Below are positions 19,508 through 28,814 of a stretch of 64,000 nucleotides of DNA, in pieces. Positions within the stretch are counted from its first letter, which is position 1; each line of letters starts with the position of its first letter. The notes under the pieces are model-generated. The model did not search any database. It was not told the origin of the DNA and saw only the letters and a list, made by a program, of their open reading frames with translations. Source of the DNA: an uncultured bacterium (GTDB lineage Bacteria; Chloroflexota; UBA5177; JANWHV01); NCBI GenBank assembly GCA_963729625.1, contig CAVSOU010000011.1, positions 288,001-352,000 of the forward strand. Reading direction: 5' to 3'. The translations under genes were made by a program, and so were the position numbers.

Positions 19508-20605
19508 TCAATTCTCGTCCGGCGAGAACTCGCGCCGGAATGCCTCCGCGAACTCGGCAGCTTCCTGGTCGGTGAGGTCTTCAGCGATCTCCATGAGAAA
19601 TCCTCGGGCCCCGAGCTCTCGGGCAATCGTCCAGGCGCCACGGCGATCGACGTACACCTGGCAGAGCTTCCCGGCTGCGCGAATGCGGCGAAGGACGTCG
19701 GGCCACTTATCGGCGAGAGGTTGGCCGTCACCAGGCTGCCACTGAATGCCGCGAAGGGAAGCCAGGTCGCACAACTGGTCGAGATGCTTCAGCGCACCCG
19801 TGCCGTCCAGGTGATAGAACGGATAGTCCAGCGCAGCGCAACACCGCGCCAGGTCGGGCATGACGTATCGCTCGAAGGCCCGAGGCGAGATCATGTACGA
19901 GAAGTCGCTCTGCAGAAAGTAGCCCGGCTTCGGAAACCAGCATGGGCCCCAACAAGAGAAGCCCCGCCCGCCCTGTGCAATCTCATCGGCAAGTAGCTTG
20001 TAGTACTCCAGCCACGCTGCGGTGATCTCTGGCAGGAGCCGGTCGATCTCCTCTGGGGCGTCATGCATGTCCATAAGGAGATCCTGCGTTCCCCGCAGGC
20101 TAGCCAGGATATCCAGATTGCCGCCCAGGTCGGTGAAGCCGAGGCTCACTTCGCTGCCCCAGCGCTGCACTGCGGCCCGCGTGATGGCCTGCACCGCCTG
20201 CCACCAGGCGTTGTCCTGGTCGACACGGACCGTCACCCCCGCGAGGGACGCGGCTCCCTGCGGGTGGAACCATGTCGTGCGATCGCCATGCTCCACACGG
20301 GAACCCAGGAAGCCGGCGGCAATGCCCGGACCGTAGTTGGGCCACCAGGTTGGGAACGCGTCACCATAATAGTGTGTGCCGTCGAGCCATTGTTGCCAGT
20401 GGGCCAGAAGTCGTGCGAGCGGCATCTCGGGCGGATATTGCGTCAGCGTTTGCCAGATATCGACTTCGTGCGTGTCGAAGGAGGCATCGAACTTGTGTGT
20501 CGTCAGGACGAGCAGCGGGCGCTCGAGCTCGTGATGCCACCATGCGGTCCAGTCGGCCTTCAGACGCACCCAGTCGGCGTCCGTATACAGTGCGTAGCTA
20601 AGCAT
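19508..20605 (-). CDS. URO-D/corrinoid-methyltransferase-fold protein
   Basis: DILASLRGTQDLLMD, LQSDFSYMISPRAFERYVMP, YHLDG, IQWQPG. Confidence 0.7.
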   Translation of the reverse strand: MLSYALYTDADWVRLKADWTAWWHHELERPLLVLTTHKFDASFDTHEVDIWQTLTQYPPEMPLARLLAHWQQWLDGTHYYGDAFPTWWPNYGPGIAAGFLGSRVEHGDRTTWFHPQGAASLAGVTVRVDQDNAWWQAVQAITRAAVQRWGSEVSLGFTDLGGNLDILASLRGTQDLLMDMHDAPEEIDRLLPEITAAWLEYYKLLADEIAQGGRGFSCWGPCWFPKPGYFLQSDFSYMISPRAFERYVMPDLARCCAALDYPFYHLDGTGALKHLDQLCDLASLRGIQWQPGDGQPLADKWPDVLRRIRAAGKLCQVYVDRRGAWTIARELGARGFLMEIAEDLTDQEAAEFAEAFRREFSPDEN

Positions 20606-20674
20606 CCCCTTCAGACTCCCTTTGCAGACTCGGCCACTCCGGCCACACATTTTACGTCCCGCATGCCGCTTCGA

Positions 20675-20762
20675 CTACTCCTGGCCGTGGATGCCCACCG
20701 CGCCCACCAGCGCCCAGAGGTTTTCAAGGGGCGTGTCGAGCTGCCGTTGTGCGTCGGCGCCG
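20675..20762 (-). pseudogene. C-terminal remnant of a URO-D-family gene
   Basis: With one frameshift it reads APTHN-QLDTPLENLWALVGAVGIHGQE*, a typical URO-D/MtaA C-terminus. Confidence 0.5.
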
Positions 20763-20961
20763 TGCTCCATGGAACGCGTGCCTGGTCTGTCTCGACACGT
20801 AACACCTGAAGGACACAGAGCAGCGGCCCCGGGACGACGCTCTGCAAACCCCCCCCTCTCACAGCGCTCCGCTGTTGACCATGCCGCTCATCCTCTGGGC
20901 AGAACGCCAGGGCGCAGTTGCTCTGGCCGATACATGCATGTCGAAGCCACTGCCGAGTGCC

Positions 20962-23013
20962 CTACTGGGCCCAGCCGTAGCGTGGAAAGACCCGGGTTCC
21001 CCAGCGCTCCAGCACGGCCTGCGCGCTGCCAAGCTGGTCGAGTGTCAGCCACAGGCCTTGCGGCTTGTTGCGCGACAGCCACAGTCGCTCGTACTCTCGG
21101 CGCATCGCATGAGCTTCACGCATGCTGCGCGTGAGCTGCGGCGCAAGCTGCGCGAGATCCTGCCCTTCCGGCGTGTTGGCGATTTGCTGGCCGATCTGGG
21201 TCTTCACCCCTGTGTGCGCGATCAGGCGTGCCGACAGGCGAAGCTCGTCCAGCGTCTGGGACGCCTCCGCGTTATCACCGCGCAGCGCCGAGAGGTGCTC
21301 CAGGGCATCCGAGGCCAACGCACACATCCGTGCCAGGCTTTCGGCCGGCACAGGCTGGCCGGCTGTGCGCGCCTCTGTCTCAAAACCCCCGATGGGTCTC
21401 GGCATGCCATGGAGGCGATGCATATCTTCGAGGAACTGAACCTGCTCTTCTGTGCGGTCTGAGCTACGCTGAGCGGACGGATCGCCAAAGCACATGGACT
21501 GCGTTCGCGAACCACCAGACTGCCGCAAGCCTGGGAGTTGACAGGCCTCGTTCAGCGCGCGCATGGCGGCCAGTGCCGGGGTAGCCTCCTCGAGGCCGAA
21601 GAACAGTTGTGTAAAGCTGGTCTCGAACGCGGCGTCGTCGAGGCGGCCCGGCGCCCAGGACTCCGCGGCCCCGAACGCATAGCCATACCAGCTGCTGCCC
21701 AGCAGGTTGGGATGGCCGTTGTCACCCCAGTCAGTGTTAAGGACGCCCAGTGCGCCGCAGCGCCGTCCATCGGAGACCATGGCACGGATGTTAGCGCGCG
21801 CATTGTCCAGTCGCGGAAAAAGGGTTCCCCAGCTCGACGTGCCGGGGCAGACGATCTGGCGCAGGCCTGCAGCATGGACGACGTCGACCTGCGGATAGTG
21901 ATCGAGGGCTTCGTACCACCAGTTCAGCAGCACGACGTCTCCGGGCAGCTCGGTCAGCAGCTCGGGATAGTGCAGGAACATGTCGTCCCAGATCAGCATG
22001 GTACGCCCATGGGACGCGGCAAGCTGGTGCAGCCGGATCACATGCCCGAGGAACAGGCGGCCCCGCCCTTCGCGCTCTGCCGCCTCGCGACTCTGACCTG
22101 TACCCAGGTCGTAGGTTTCATCGCTGCACACGTTGAGGTAGGCCGAGTGGAAGCATGCCAGGTAGTCGGCATACAGGTCGTCGAGCAGGGCGTAGCTCTC
22201 GTCGCGCACGGGCGCCAGACTCCAGCGCGCCTCCGACTCCGCGAGGTGGGTATAGGCAGGAAGCTCGAGAATCCGGCGCAAGTGGCCAAACGACTGCAGG
22301 CATGGCATCAGCTCGACATAGCGCTCGCGACAGTAGGTATCAAGGGCCACAATCTCTTCCGGCGTCAGCGCGCCCCAGTCGCGGCCGATGTCAGGATGGC
22401 TGCGGAAGGCAAATGTGTCCTCCACGTACAGCTGAAGCATATTCAGCTTCCACGAGGAGATCATGTCGACGAGGCGGCAGAGAGTGGCCAGTGTCGGTAC
22501 CTTGCCGCGGGAGACGTCGAGCATCACGCCTCGCCAGCGAAATGCCGGCGCATCACCGATCCGAACGCACGGCACCGCATCCGCCACCTGTGCCAGGATC
22601 TGGTGCAGTGTCTGCGCGCCATGCGCCACGCCGGCCGGTGCGGCGCCCCAGACGACTATCCCGTCTTGGCTGACGGTGAGGCTGTAGGCCTCACCGTTGG
22701 CTGTCCCACCGTCGACGTACGGTTGGTCCGGCACCGAGGCGGCGCCGCGGCCAGTGAGAAATACGCTGTCGTCACGCCCGCGCACGGCCAGCACCACCGT
22801 GTTGCGCATCTCCCGGCACCGCAGCTGCGGCTGGATCGGCACGGCTAACCCGCGGTCGAGCAAGAGGCGCTGCAGCCTTTGCGCTGCGATCCATTCGCCG
22901 CGTTCGGCCGCGTGCGAGAGCACGATGCTCAGTCCATCGCGCAGCAAGAATCTGCCGGTGCTTTCAGAGCAGGCACCCGGGATCGGGACCAGGTACAGTG
23001 GCGTCTCCTGCAT
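20962..23013 (-). CDS. GH20-family beta-N-acetylhexosaminidase
   Basis: GH20b N-domain (EAYSLTV), DAPAFRWRGVMLDVSR, SFGH, catalytic VCSDET, WDDMF, TDWGDNGH. Confidence 0.88.
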   Translation of the reverse strand: MQETPLYLVPIPGACSESTGRFLLRDGLSIVLSHAAERGEWIAAQRLQRLLLDRGLAVPIQPQLRCREMRNTVVLAVRGRDDSVFLTGRGAASVPDQPYVDGGTANGEAYSLTVSQDGIVVWGAAPAGVAHGAQTLHQILAQVADAVPCVRIGDAPAFRWRGVMLDVSRGKVPTLATLCRLVDMISSWKLNMLQLYVEDTFAFRSHPDIGRDWGALTPEEIVALDTYCRERYVELMPCLQSFGHLRRILELPAYTHLAESEARWSLAPVRDESYALLDDLYADYLACFHSAYLNVCSDETYDLGTGQSREAAEREGRGRLFLGHVIRLHQLAASHGRTMLIWDDMFLHYPELLTELPGDVVLLNWWYEALDHYPQVDVVHAAGLRQIVCPGTSSWGTLFPRLDNARANIRAMVSDGRRCGALGVLNTDWGDNGHPNLLGSSWYGYAFGAAESWAPGRLDDAAFETSFTQLFFGLEEATPALAAMRALNEACQLPGLRQSGGSRTQSMCFGDPSAQRSSDRTEEQVQFLEDMHRLHGMPRPIGGFETEARTAGQPVPAESLARMCALASDALEHLSALRGDNAEASQTLDELRLSARLIAHTGVKTQIGQQIANTPEGQDLAQLAPQLTRSMREAHAMRREYERLWLSRNKPQGLWLTLDQLGSAQAVLERWGTRVFPRYGWAQ

Positions 23014-23448
23014 GGTGAACGCTTTCCCCTTCCTAACAGAAACCACGATGAAACCCACATGCAGCATGTGTGGAGCGCGACGCTCTGATGCCCCGCGTTT
23101 CAACGCGGTGAGCCTCACGGCATCGCAAAGCTGCCGATTTCGATCCGCCTGGCCCCGCCAATGGATCCCACCGTGGCCCGAGTGTAGGAAGACGTGCCAG
23201 TCCGGCTGAATCAACGTTGCCGCTTCGAATCTGGCCCCACGTTCGGCATAGCTTGGTATCTTCTACCATTCCAGCGAATTGGCCTCCTCGGCTTCGAAGC
23301 CCTGCAGCCTGGAGGCCGGCAGGCACGGTGCGCTGCAGGATTGGCCGCTTCTTCCTGGCGGAGTTGAGCGGTCCGGGCAAGCTCATCCCGCCTCGTGGGA
23401 CCGTGCGGTGTGGCGCGACCCACGCCGCCGCGGTCAAGCCACTGAAGC

Positions 23449-24813
23449 TTAGGTCCAACCGCGTTCCGACTCTTCACGAGCGATCTGCACCCAGCGGATC
23501 AGACGCTCAGGCTGGTTGCGGATCGTGTGGTTATCTTTCATCAGGATCTCGACTCGGCAGCCCTTCGTCAATTCGACGTACCGGCGCAGTGACTGCCGCA
23601 CGCGGTCCTCGTCGAAGGTGTCCATTGCGAGTTCCGCGGGATTAGGCTTCAGCGACAGAATATAGCGGTCCTCCAGATTCTTCGCCATGGCCGCGGCATC
23701 TGACCACGCCGAAACCGACACTCTCCGCAGACGGGGAATCTGCTTGACAAGGGGCCAACGCCTGTCCAGCGGTTCACAGCAGCCGTAGCAGTTAAGTCCG
23801 AACTGCTCGAGAATCGGCAGTTGGTATGGGAAGACGAACTCCTCGAACATTCGCGGCGAGATGCCCACGGTCTCCTGGCTCTCGGCGAAACCCCAGAGGT
23901 CACACAGGCGAGCGTTACCGACATAGTCGGGCTGTGGCAGCTCATCCGACCAGCCCAATCCACCAGAGGCCACGTACGTGGCGTCGTTATTCAGATACAG
24001 CAGCCCTGCCGCTTCCAGTGTCTCAAGCAAAAGCAATGTGCCGTCCCGCAGGATGGTCATCAGGCGATGGATCAGGTCGGGCGCCTGGACCATGTCAATC
24101 ATGATCTGTTGGAGGCCCCGCAAGTTGGCGAGGGTAAGGGTCATCCCGGTCGACCACCACCAGGCGGCATTCAGCCGGGGATCGGTGACGGGGTCGCCCC
24201 CAACACAACCAGCCGTCTTGACCCGCACAGGATACAGGTCTCCGAATATATCGTTGGCCAGCGCGGCGAGATACCGCGTGGCAGCGAAGTCCACATGCAG
24301 CACGGGCATATGCAGCCTCGCGATATCATCGGCATGCTTGACGGGCGACGACCACGTATAAGCGGTGTTTCGATCGCCGCCGATTCGCTTCTCCGCCAGG
24401 CCCCAGAATGGCTCCTCATGCACATGGCCGATGTCGAAGGACGGCGGTATCGTGTAGTCGTCCCCCATAGACCGTCCATAGAATAGTGACTGGCGGAGTC
24501 TGAACTCCCAGTCCCGCGCCACGGCATGTCTGCACAGAAGCTGCTCTGGCAGAATCACCTCCGCCCAGCCAAACTCCGGCGAACAGAAAATGACCGGGCG
24601 GGTTGCTTCCAGCTTGTTGTGCCGCCGCCAGAGTGTTCGCTTCTCTGCCTCTATCGGCAGATTGAGGAGATCGGCAACCTCCGCGGCGAGCTCACGCAGC
24701 GTATCCCGCTCAGCCCGGCTGAACTCGAAGCTGCGATCCAGCAACGGCGTATCGACGATGATACCTTGAGGGGCCGGCGGCGCGCTCAACGGCAGCGTCG
24801 AGATTGTCTCCAT
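23449..24813 (-). CDS. URO-D-fold hypothetical protein (paralog of 55922-57205)
   Basis: GGAGGTGA RBS; LRGLQQIMIDM, GGLGWSDELP, SQETVGISPRMFEEF, YGCCEPLD, LRRVSVS, KPNPA, EILMKD. Confidence 0.75.
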   Translation of the reverse strand: METISTLPLSAPPAPQGIIVDTPLLDRSFEFSRAERDTLRELAAEVADLLNLPIEAEKRTLWRRHNKLEATRPVIFCSPEFGWAEVILPEQLLCRHAVARDWEFRLRQSLFYGRSMGDDYTIPPSFDIGHVHEEPFWGLAEKRIGGDRNTAYTWSSPVKHADDIARLHMPVLHVDFAATRYLAALANDIFGDLYPVRVKTAGCVGGDPVTDPRLNAAWWWSTGMTLTLANLRGLQQIMIDMVQAPDLIHRLMTILRDGTLLLLETLEAAGLLYLNNDATYVASGGLGWSDELPQPDYVGNARLCDLWGFAESQETVGISPRMFEEFVFPYQLPILEQFGLNCYGCCEPLDRRWPLVKQIPRLRRVSVSAWSDAAAMAKNLEDRYILSLKPNPAELAMDTFDEDRVRQSLRRYVELTKGCRVEILMKDNHTIRNQPERLIRWVQIAREESERGWT

Positions 24814-25379
24814 CTCACCTCCTCGGTTACTGTTTGCAGGATTGCGTGCTCTCGATAATGCGCGTGATCCGTGCCGACACGAATGATCGGCACAGTGCTG
24901 ACTTGCCCGATATCCAGCGGCGCGATGCGAAATGACGGCATGCGCGGACCATGCCGCGAAGCGGGCCAGCCTGTTGTGCCGGCGAACCCGGCACCACATC
25001 GATGTGCCGTGATGCGCTCACATGCAGCTATCCGAGAATCGCCTGAAGATCTGGGGCTTCGAAGCGCAGGGTCGCAACCAATCGCTGCCGCGTGTCTATC
25101 ATACTGCTGATCCCCCTGGCATGACGATCTGCGGCTCCTGCCTGTAATCCTCGCACACGGCCGACACCCGCCCACGGGCTGGATCGGCGGCGAGATTACT
25201 GCTCCGGCTCCGCAAGATGCGCCTCGTGTCCGCCATCTGCAGACTGGACCTGTGAGTCGATGCGGCTCAGGCATCTACGGACCCGCGCCTGGCCAGTCTG
25301 CCCCGGATTGTGCACAGCCGGACCGCCGCGGGCCGCGATTCGGTAGCGCCTCTGACGCCCCTTTTCGCCGGCCAGACGC

Positions 25380-25451
25380 GCTTAGCGAAGTCTCACTAAC
25401 CTCTTCACCTCATCTTAGCGAGCTATCAAGAAGTCCTTATCTGCCTCTCAT
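25380..25451 (+). promoter_or_regulatory. Array of seven TCTYAN-like hexamers at exact 11-bp period (OmpR/MprA-type half-sites)
   Basis: GCTTAG 25380, TCTCAC 25391, TCTTCA 25402, TCTTAG 25413, TATCAA 25424, CCTTAT 25435, TCTCAT 25446. Confidence 0.6.
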
Positions 25452-25510
25452 AGCATCTAAGCAGGCAGAACACGACACGTGGCTGCAGACCTGTAGATAG
25501 GTCAGAGTTG

Positions 25511-25538
25511 TTGAAAGGATTTCAAACTTATGTACAAC
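25511..25538 (+). promoter_or_regulatory. Putative promoter with a palindrome over the -35
   Basis: TTGAAA-GGA-TTTCAA inverted repeat; TTGAAA-N16-TACAAC. Confidence 0.4.
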
Positions 25539-25565
25539 GGACTCGCCGCCGGTGATGTGCGGGCC

Positions 25566-26996
25566 ATGCCGCGCACTCCGGCACCGCGCAGAGGCGCCAA
25601 TTCCGTCCAGCGCCGGCAGCAAATGGCCGTTCGCGTTGCCGAACCGGCGACGCGAGCGGAATACATCGGGAGCCACGACTTCAAGCGCGCCGCGACCTGG
25701 AGCCTGCGCATCGTGTTCTATGGCATCGCCGCCGTCATCGCCGGGCTCTGGCTGAAGGACGGCGGAGTGACCGGAGTGCATGATGCCGGTACGCTGCTGG
25801 TCAGCATCGGCCGACTCACCGGCCTGTTCGGCGCCTACCTGCTCCTGCTTCAAGTGCTGCTCCTGGCCCGACTGCCGTTCCTGCAGTGGGCCATGGGCTT
25901 TGATACGCTCATGAAGCGGCACCGCCTGAGCGGCAAGGTGAGCCTACTTCTCATCCTGGCGCACGTGGGCACGATTACCGTCGGGTACGCCCTGCAGAGC
26001 AGACTATCCTTGCTTGCCCAGGCTCGGCAATTCCTGAGCTCCTGGCCGGACATGATGCCTGCGCCTATCGGCACCATCCTGCTGATTCTCGTGGCCGTGT
26101 CATCCTTCGTGATTGTCCGGCGCAAGCTGCGCTATGAGACCTGGTACGGCGTGCACCTGATGGCCTATCTCGGTATCTTCCTGGCCTGGCTTCACCAGAT
26201 CCCTACCGGCAACGAATTTCTGGGCAACCCGCTCGCCGCGGCATTCTGGACCGCGCTCTACGCCGTCACGCTCCAGCTGGTCGTGCTGTTTCGGGTGATC
26301 CAGCCCGCGATCGGGTTCCTCTGGCACCGCATGCGGGTGACCGAAGTAATTCACGAAGGGCCGGGCGTGGTGTCCCTGCGCATCAGCGGGCACAATCTGG
26401 ACTGGTTGAACGCACGGCCTGGCCAGTGGTTTAGCTGGCGGTTCCTGGATCGCGAGCGCTGGCGCGAAGCGCACCCCTTCTCCCTTTCAGCCGCGCCGGA
26501 CGCCACGTCCTTCCGCATCACCATCAAGGACCTGGGCGACTTCAGTCACGGTATTGCCGGTGTGCAACCCGGCACCTTCGTAGTGGCAGAGGGTCCGTTC
26601 GGCTCCTTCACGGAAGAGGCCAGGACTCGGGACGGCGTGGCGTTGATCGCGGGCGGTGTGGGCATCACTCCCGTCCGCGCTTTGCTGGACGAGCTGCACG
26701 GCGACGTGGTGCTCGTTTACCGTGCCGGGACGGAAAGTGACCTGGTCTTTCGCGATGAGCTGGAAGCCCTGGCCCGTGAGCGCGGCATGACAATTCGCTA
26801 CGTACTCGGCGATCGCAACGCGCCGGGCAACGCTCATCTGCTGTCCCGGGAGCACCTGCGCAGCCTCATCCCAGACATTGGTACCCGAGACGTGTATCTA
26901 TGCGGACCGGCTGGGCTGGTCCGGTCGGTGACACGCGCCTTGCACAAGCTCGGCGTGCCCAAAACTCTCATCCACATCGACGAATTCGCGTTCTAG
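25566..26996 (+). CDS. Ferric-reductase-like transmembrane oxidoreductase (heme TM domain plus FAD/NAD-binding)
   Basis: HRLSG, LAH, YETWYGVHLMAY, HQ, HPFSLS, EGPFG, IAGGVGITP, YLCGP; the start may instead be 25623. Confidence 0.9.
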   Translation: MPRTPAPRRGANSVQRRQQMAVRVAEPATRAEYIGSHDFKRAATWSLRIVFYGIAAVIAGLWLKDGGVTGVHDAGTLLVSIGRLTGLFGAYLLLLQVLLLARLPFLQWAMGFDTLMKRHRLSGKVSLLLILAHVGTITVGYALQSRLSLLAQARQFLSSWPDMMPAPIGTILLILVAVSSFVIVRRKLRYETWYGVHLMAYLGIFLAWLHQIPTGNEFLGNPLAAAFWTALYAVTLQLVVLFRVIQPAIGFLWHRMRVTEVIHEGPGVVSLRISGHNLDWLNARPGQWFSWRFLDRERWREAHPFSLSAAPDATSFRITIKDLGDFSHGIAGVQPGTFVVAEGPFGSFTEEARTRDGVALIAGGVGITPVRALLDELHGDVVLVYRAGTESDLVFRDELEALARERGMTIRYVLGDRNAPGNAHLLSREHLRSLIPDIGTRDVYLCGPAGLVRSVTRALHKLGVPKTLIHIDEFAF

Positions 26997-27023
26997 CCGA
27001 GCGCAGTTGGAGAATATGCGACC

Positions 27024-27767
27024 ATGAAAAGAAGAAGCACAGCAGCGCGGCTCGTTCCCGCCATAATGGTGGCAGCCGCCACGGCGATACCGGCTGCGAC
27101 AGCAGCGGATCTGCTGACGCACTCCACCACGCCCACAAGCCGGGTGGCGATCGGCTCCTCGACATCCGGCACCATGCTGCCGTCCGCATCGTCCGGTTCC
27201 GGTCGGTCAACCAGGTCGGCGGCTGCCAAGGCTACCAGCAGCCCGACGCCGGGAGGCGCGTCTGGTTCTGGCGGCAAGGCTACGGCTGCGGCGACGGCCA
27301 GCCCGACGCCGGGAGGCGCGTCTGGTTCTGGCGGCAAGGCTACGGCTGCGGCGACGGCCAGCCCGACGCCGGGAGGCGCGTCTGGTTCCGGTGGCACGGC
27401 GACCCCCGTGGCGACCGCCAGCCCGACGCCGGCAACAGCCTCTGCTCCCAGCGCGACAGTCGTGCCTTCGGCCACCGCCACGGCCAGCACTGTCTCCAAG
27501 ACGGTTGTCGGCACCGCGGAACAGAATCAGTACGGGACGGTCCAGGTAACGCTGGTAGTGACGGGAAACAAAGTCACCGGCGCGATCGTCACGGCTCCGC
27601 AGGACAATCCGCGCTCGGCGTCCATCAACGCCTACGCCGTCCCCATTCTGCGCAGCGAGACGCTGCAGGCACAAAGCGCGAATATCGACGCCGTCTCTGG
27701 GGCCACATATACGAGCGAATCGTACATCGGGTCGCTGCAGGCAGCGCTGACTGCCGCGCACCTCTAG
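27024..27767 (+). CDS. Exported FMN-binding (flavinylated) protein with a Ser/Thr/Gly/Pro linker
   Basis: Signal-like N-terminus; YGTVQV..; flavinylation motif IDAVSGATYTS. Confidence 0.88.
   Translation: MKRRSTAARLVPAIMVAAATAIPAATAADLLTHSTTPTSRVAIGSSTSGTMLPSASSGSGRSTRSAAAKATSSPTPGGASGSGGKATAAATASPTPGGASGSGGKATAAATASPTPGGASGSGGTATPVATASPTPATASAPSATVVPSATATASTVSKTVVGTAEQNQYGTVQVTLVVTGNKVTGAIVTAPQDNPRSASINAYAVPILRSETLQAQSANIDAVSGATYTSESYIGSLQAALTAAHL
27239..27432. repeat. 60-bp tandem repeat (~3.2 copies) encoding SPTPGGASGSGGKATAAATA
   Basis: Lines starting 27241 and 27301 are identical; 27361 is diverged; 27421 is partial. Confidence 0.92.
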
Positions 27768-27938
27768 ACGCATGATAGGGCCTGCGAGCCCTTGCGGAGG
27801 TGGACGCGGGATCCAGCGGCTCGGGCAAGCCTAGGACTGGACCGTCCGCGTCGCGTTCGCCAACCGATCTCGCTCGGGACAGCGTCCCATTCCTCTGCCC
27901 TTGGCCGTGGTATGCTCAGAAACACAGGAGGAGCGAAG

Positions 27939-28571
27939 ATGCAACCGACAATCGTATGGCTGGGCCACGACTCATTCCGACTCAGTGACGGCAACACGAC
28001 TGTGTACATCGACCCGTGGAAGCTCACGGGTGCTCAACCAAAAGCAGACCTGATTCTCGTCACGCACGATCACTTTGACCACTTCTCGCAACCGGATATC
28101 GCGATGCTCTCGAGGGACGACACGGTGATCGTCGCGCCGCCTTCCGTGGCCGTGCAGCTCACGGGCAACGTACGGACAGTGGGTCAGAGTGAGTCGCTCA
28201 CCGCGGCAGGAGTGCCTATTGAAACGGTACCTGCATACAACCTTAACAAATTCCGCGCGCCGGGCGAGCCGTTCCATCCCAAGGAAGCCGGCTTTGTCGG
28301 CTACATCGTGACGCTCGGCGGCAAACGCATCTACCACGTGGGAGACAGCGATCACACGCCCGAGATGAGCAGGGTTGTGTGCGACATCGCGCTGGTGCCC
28401 GTGAGCGGCACGTATGTGATGACCGCAGCCGAAGCTGTAGCGGCCGTGGCTGCGTTCAGGCCCGGGCTGGCGATTCCGATGCACTATGGCGACATAGTTG
28501 GTTCGCGCGACGATGCCGAGCAGTTCAAGAAGATGGCGCAGGCGCCGGTTGAAGTGTTGGAGCCGCGCTGA
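27939..28571 (+). CDS. MBL-fold metallo-hydrolase
   Basis: WLGHDSF, YIDP, THDHFDH, YHVGDSD, IPMHYG; AGGAGG RBS. Confidence 0.88.
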   Translation: MQPTIVWLGHDSFRLSDGNTTVYIDPWKLTGAQPKADLILVTHDHFDHFSQPDIAMLSRDDTVIVAPPSVAVQLTGNVRTVGQSESLTAAGVPIETVPAYNLNKFRAPGEPFHPKEAGFVGYIVTLGGKRIYHVGDSDHTPEMSRVVCDIALVPVSGTYVMTAAEAVAAVAAFRPGLAIPMHYGDIVGSRDDAEQFKKMAQAPVEVLEPR

Positions 28572-28814
28572 GAGCCCCGAGGGGTGAGGCCATGCCATCA
28601 GACCGTGCAGCCCAGCCATCACCGCCGCGTTGCTCTGCTACATGCTGTGACCCTCCCATGTCCGAGGTGCAGGTCATCGGCGCCTGTAGCCCTTGGCGCT
28701 GCGCTGGCCGACAGCGACACGGCGGGCTCGTTGACGGACCACACCGGTGAGGGCGCCAGGTGCGGAAGACGTCGCGCCGCACTCTGCAAGAATCGCGCGC
28801 GAGCGCCAACACGG

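Noticed and set aside
25095-25240. Possible peptidase gene remnant on the minus strand (LAADPARGRVSAVCEDYR)
   Set aside because: Too short and weak to support without a search.
27239-27432. 60-bp (and 87-bp at 1780) repeats as a CRISPR array
   Set aside because: No unique spacers, unit lengths are multiples of 3 inside coding linkers, and no cas genes are present.
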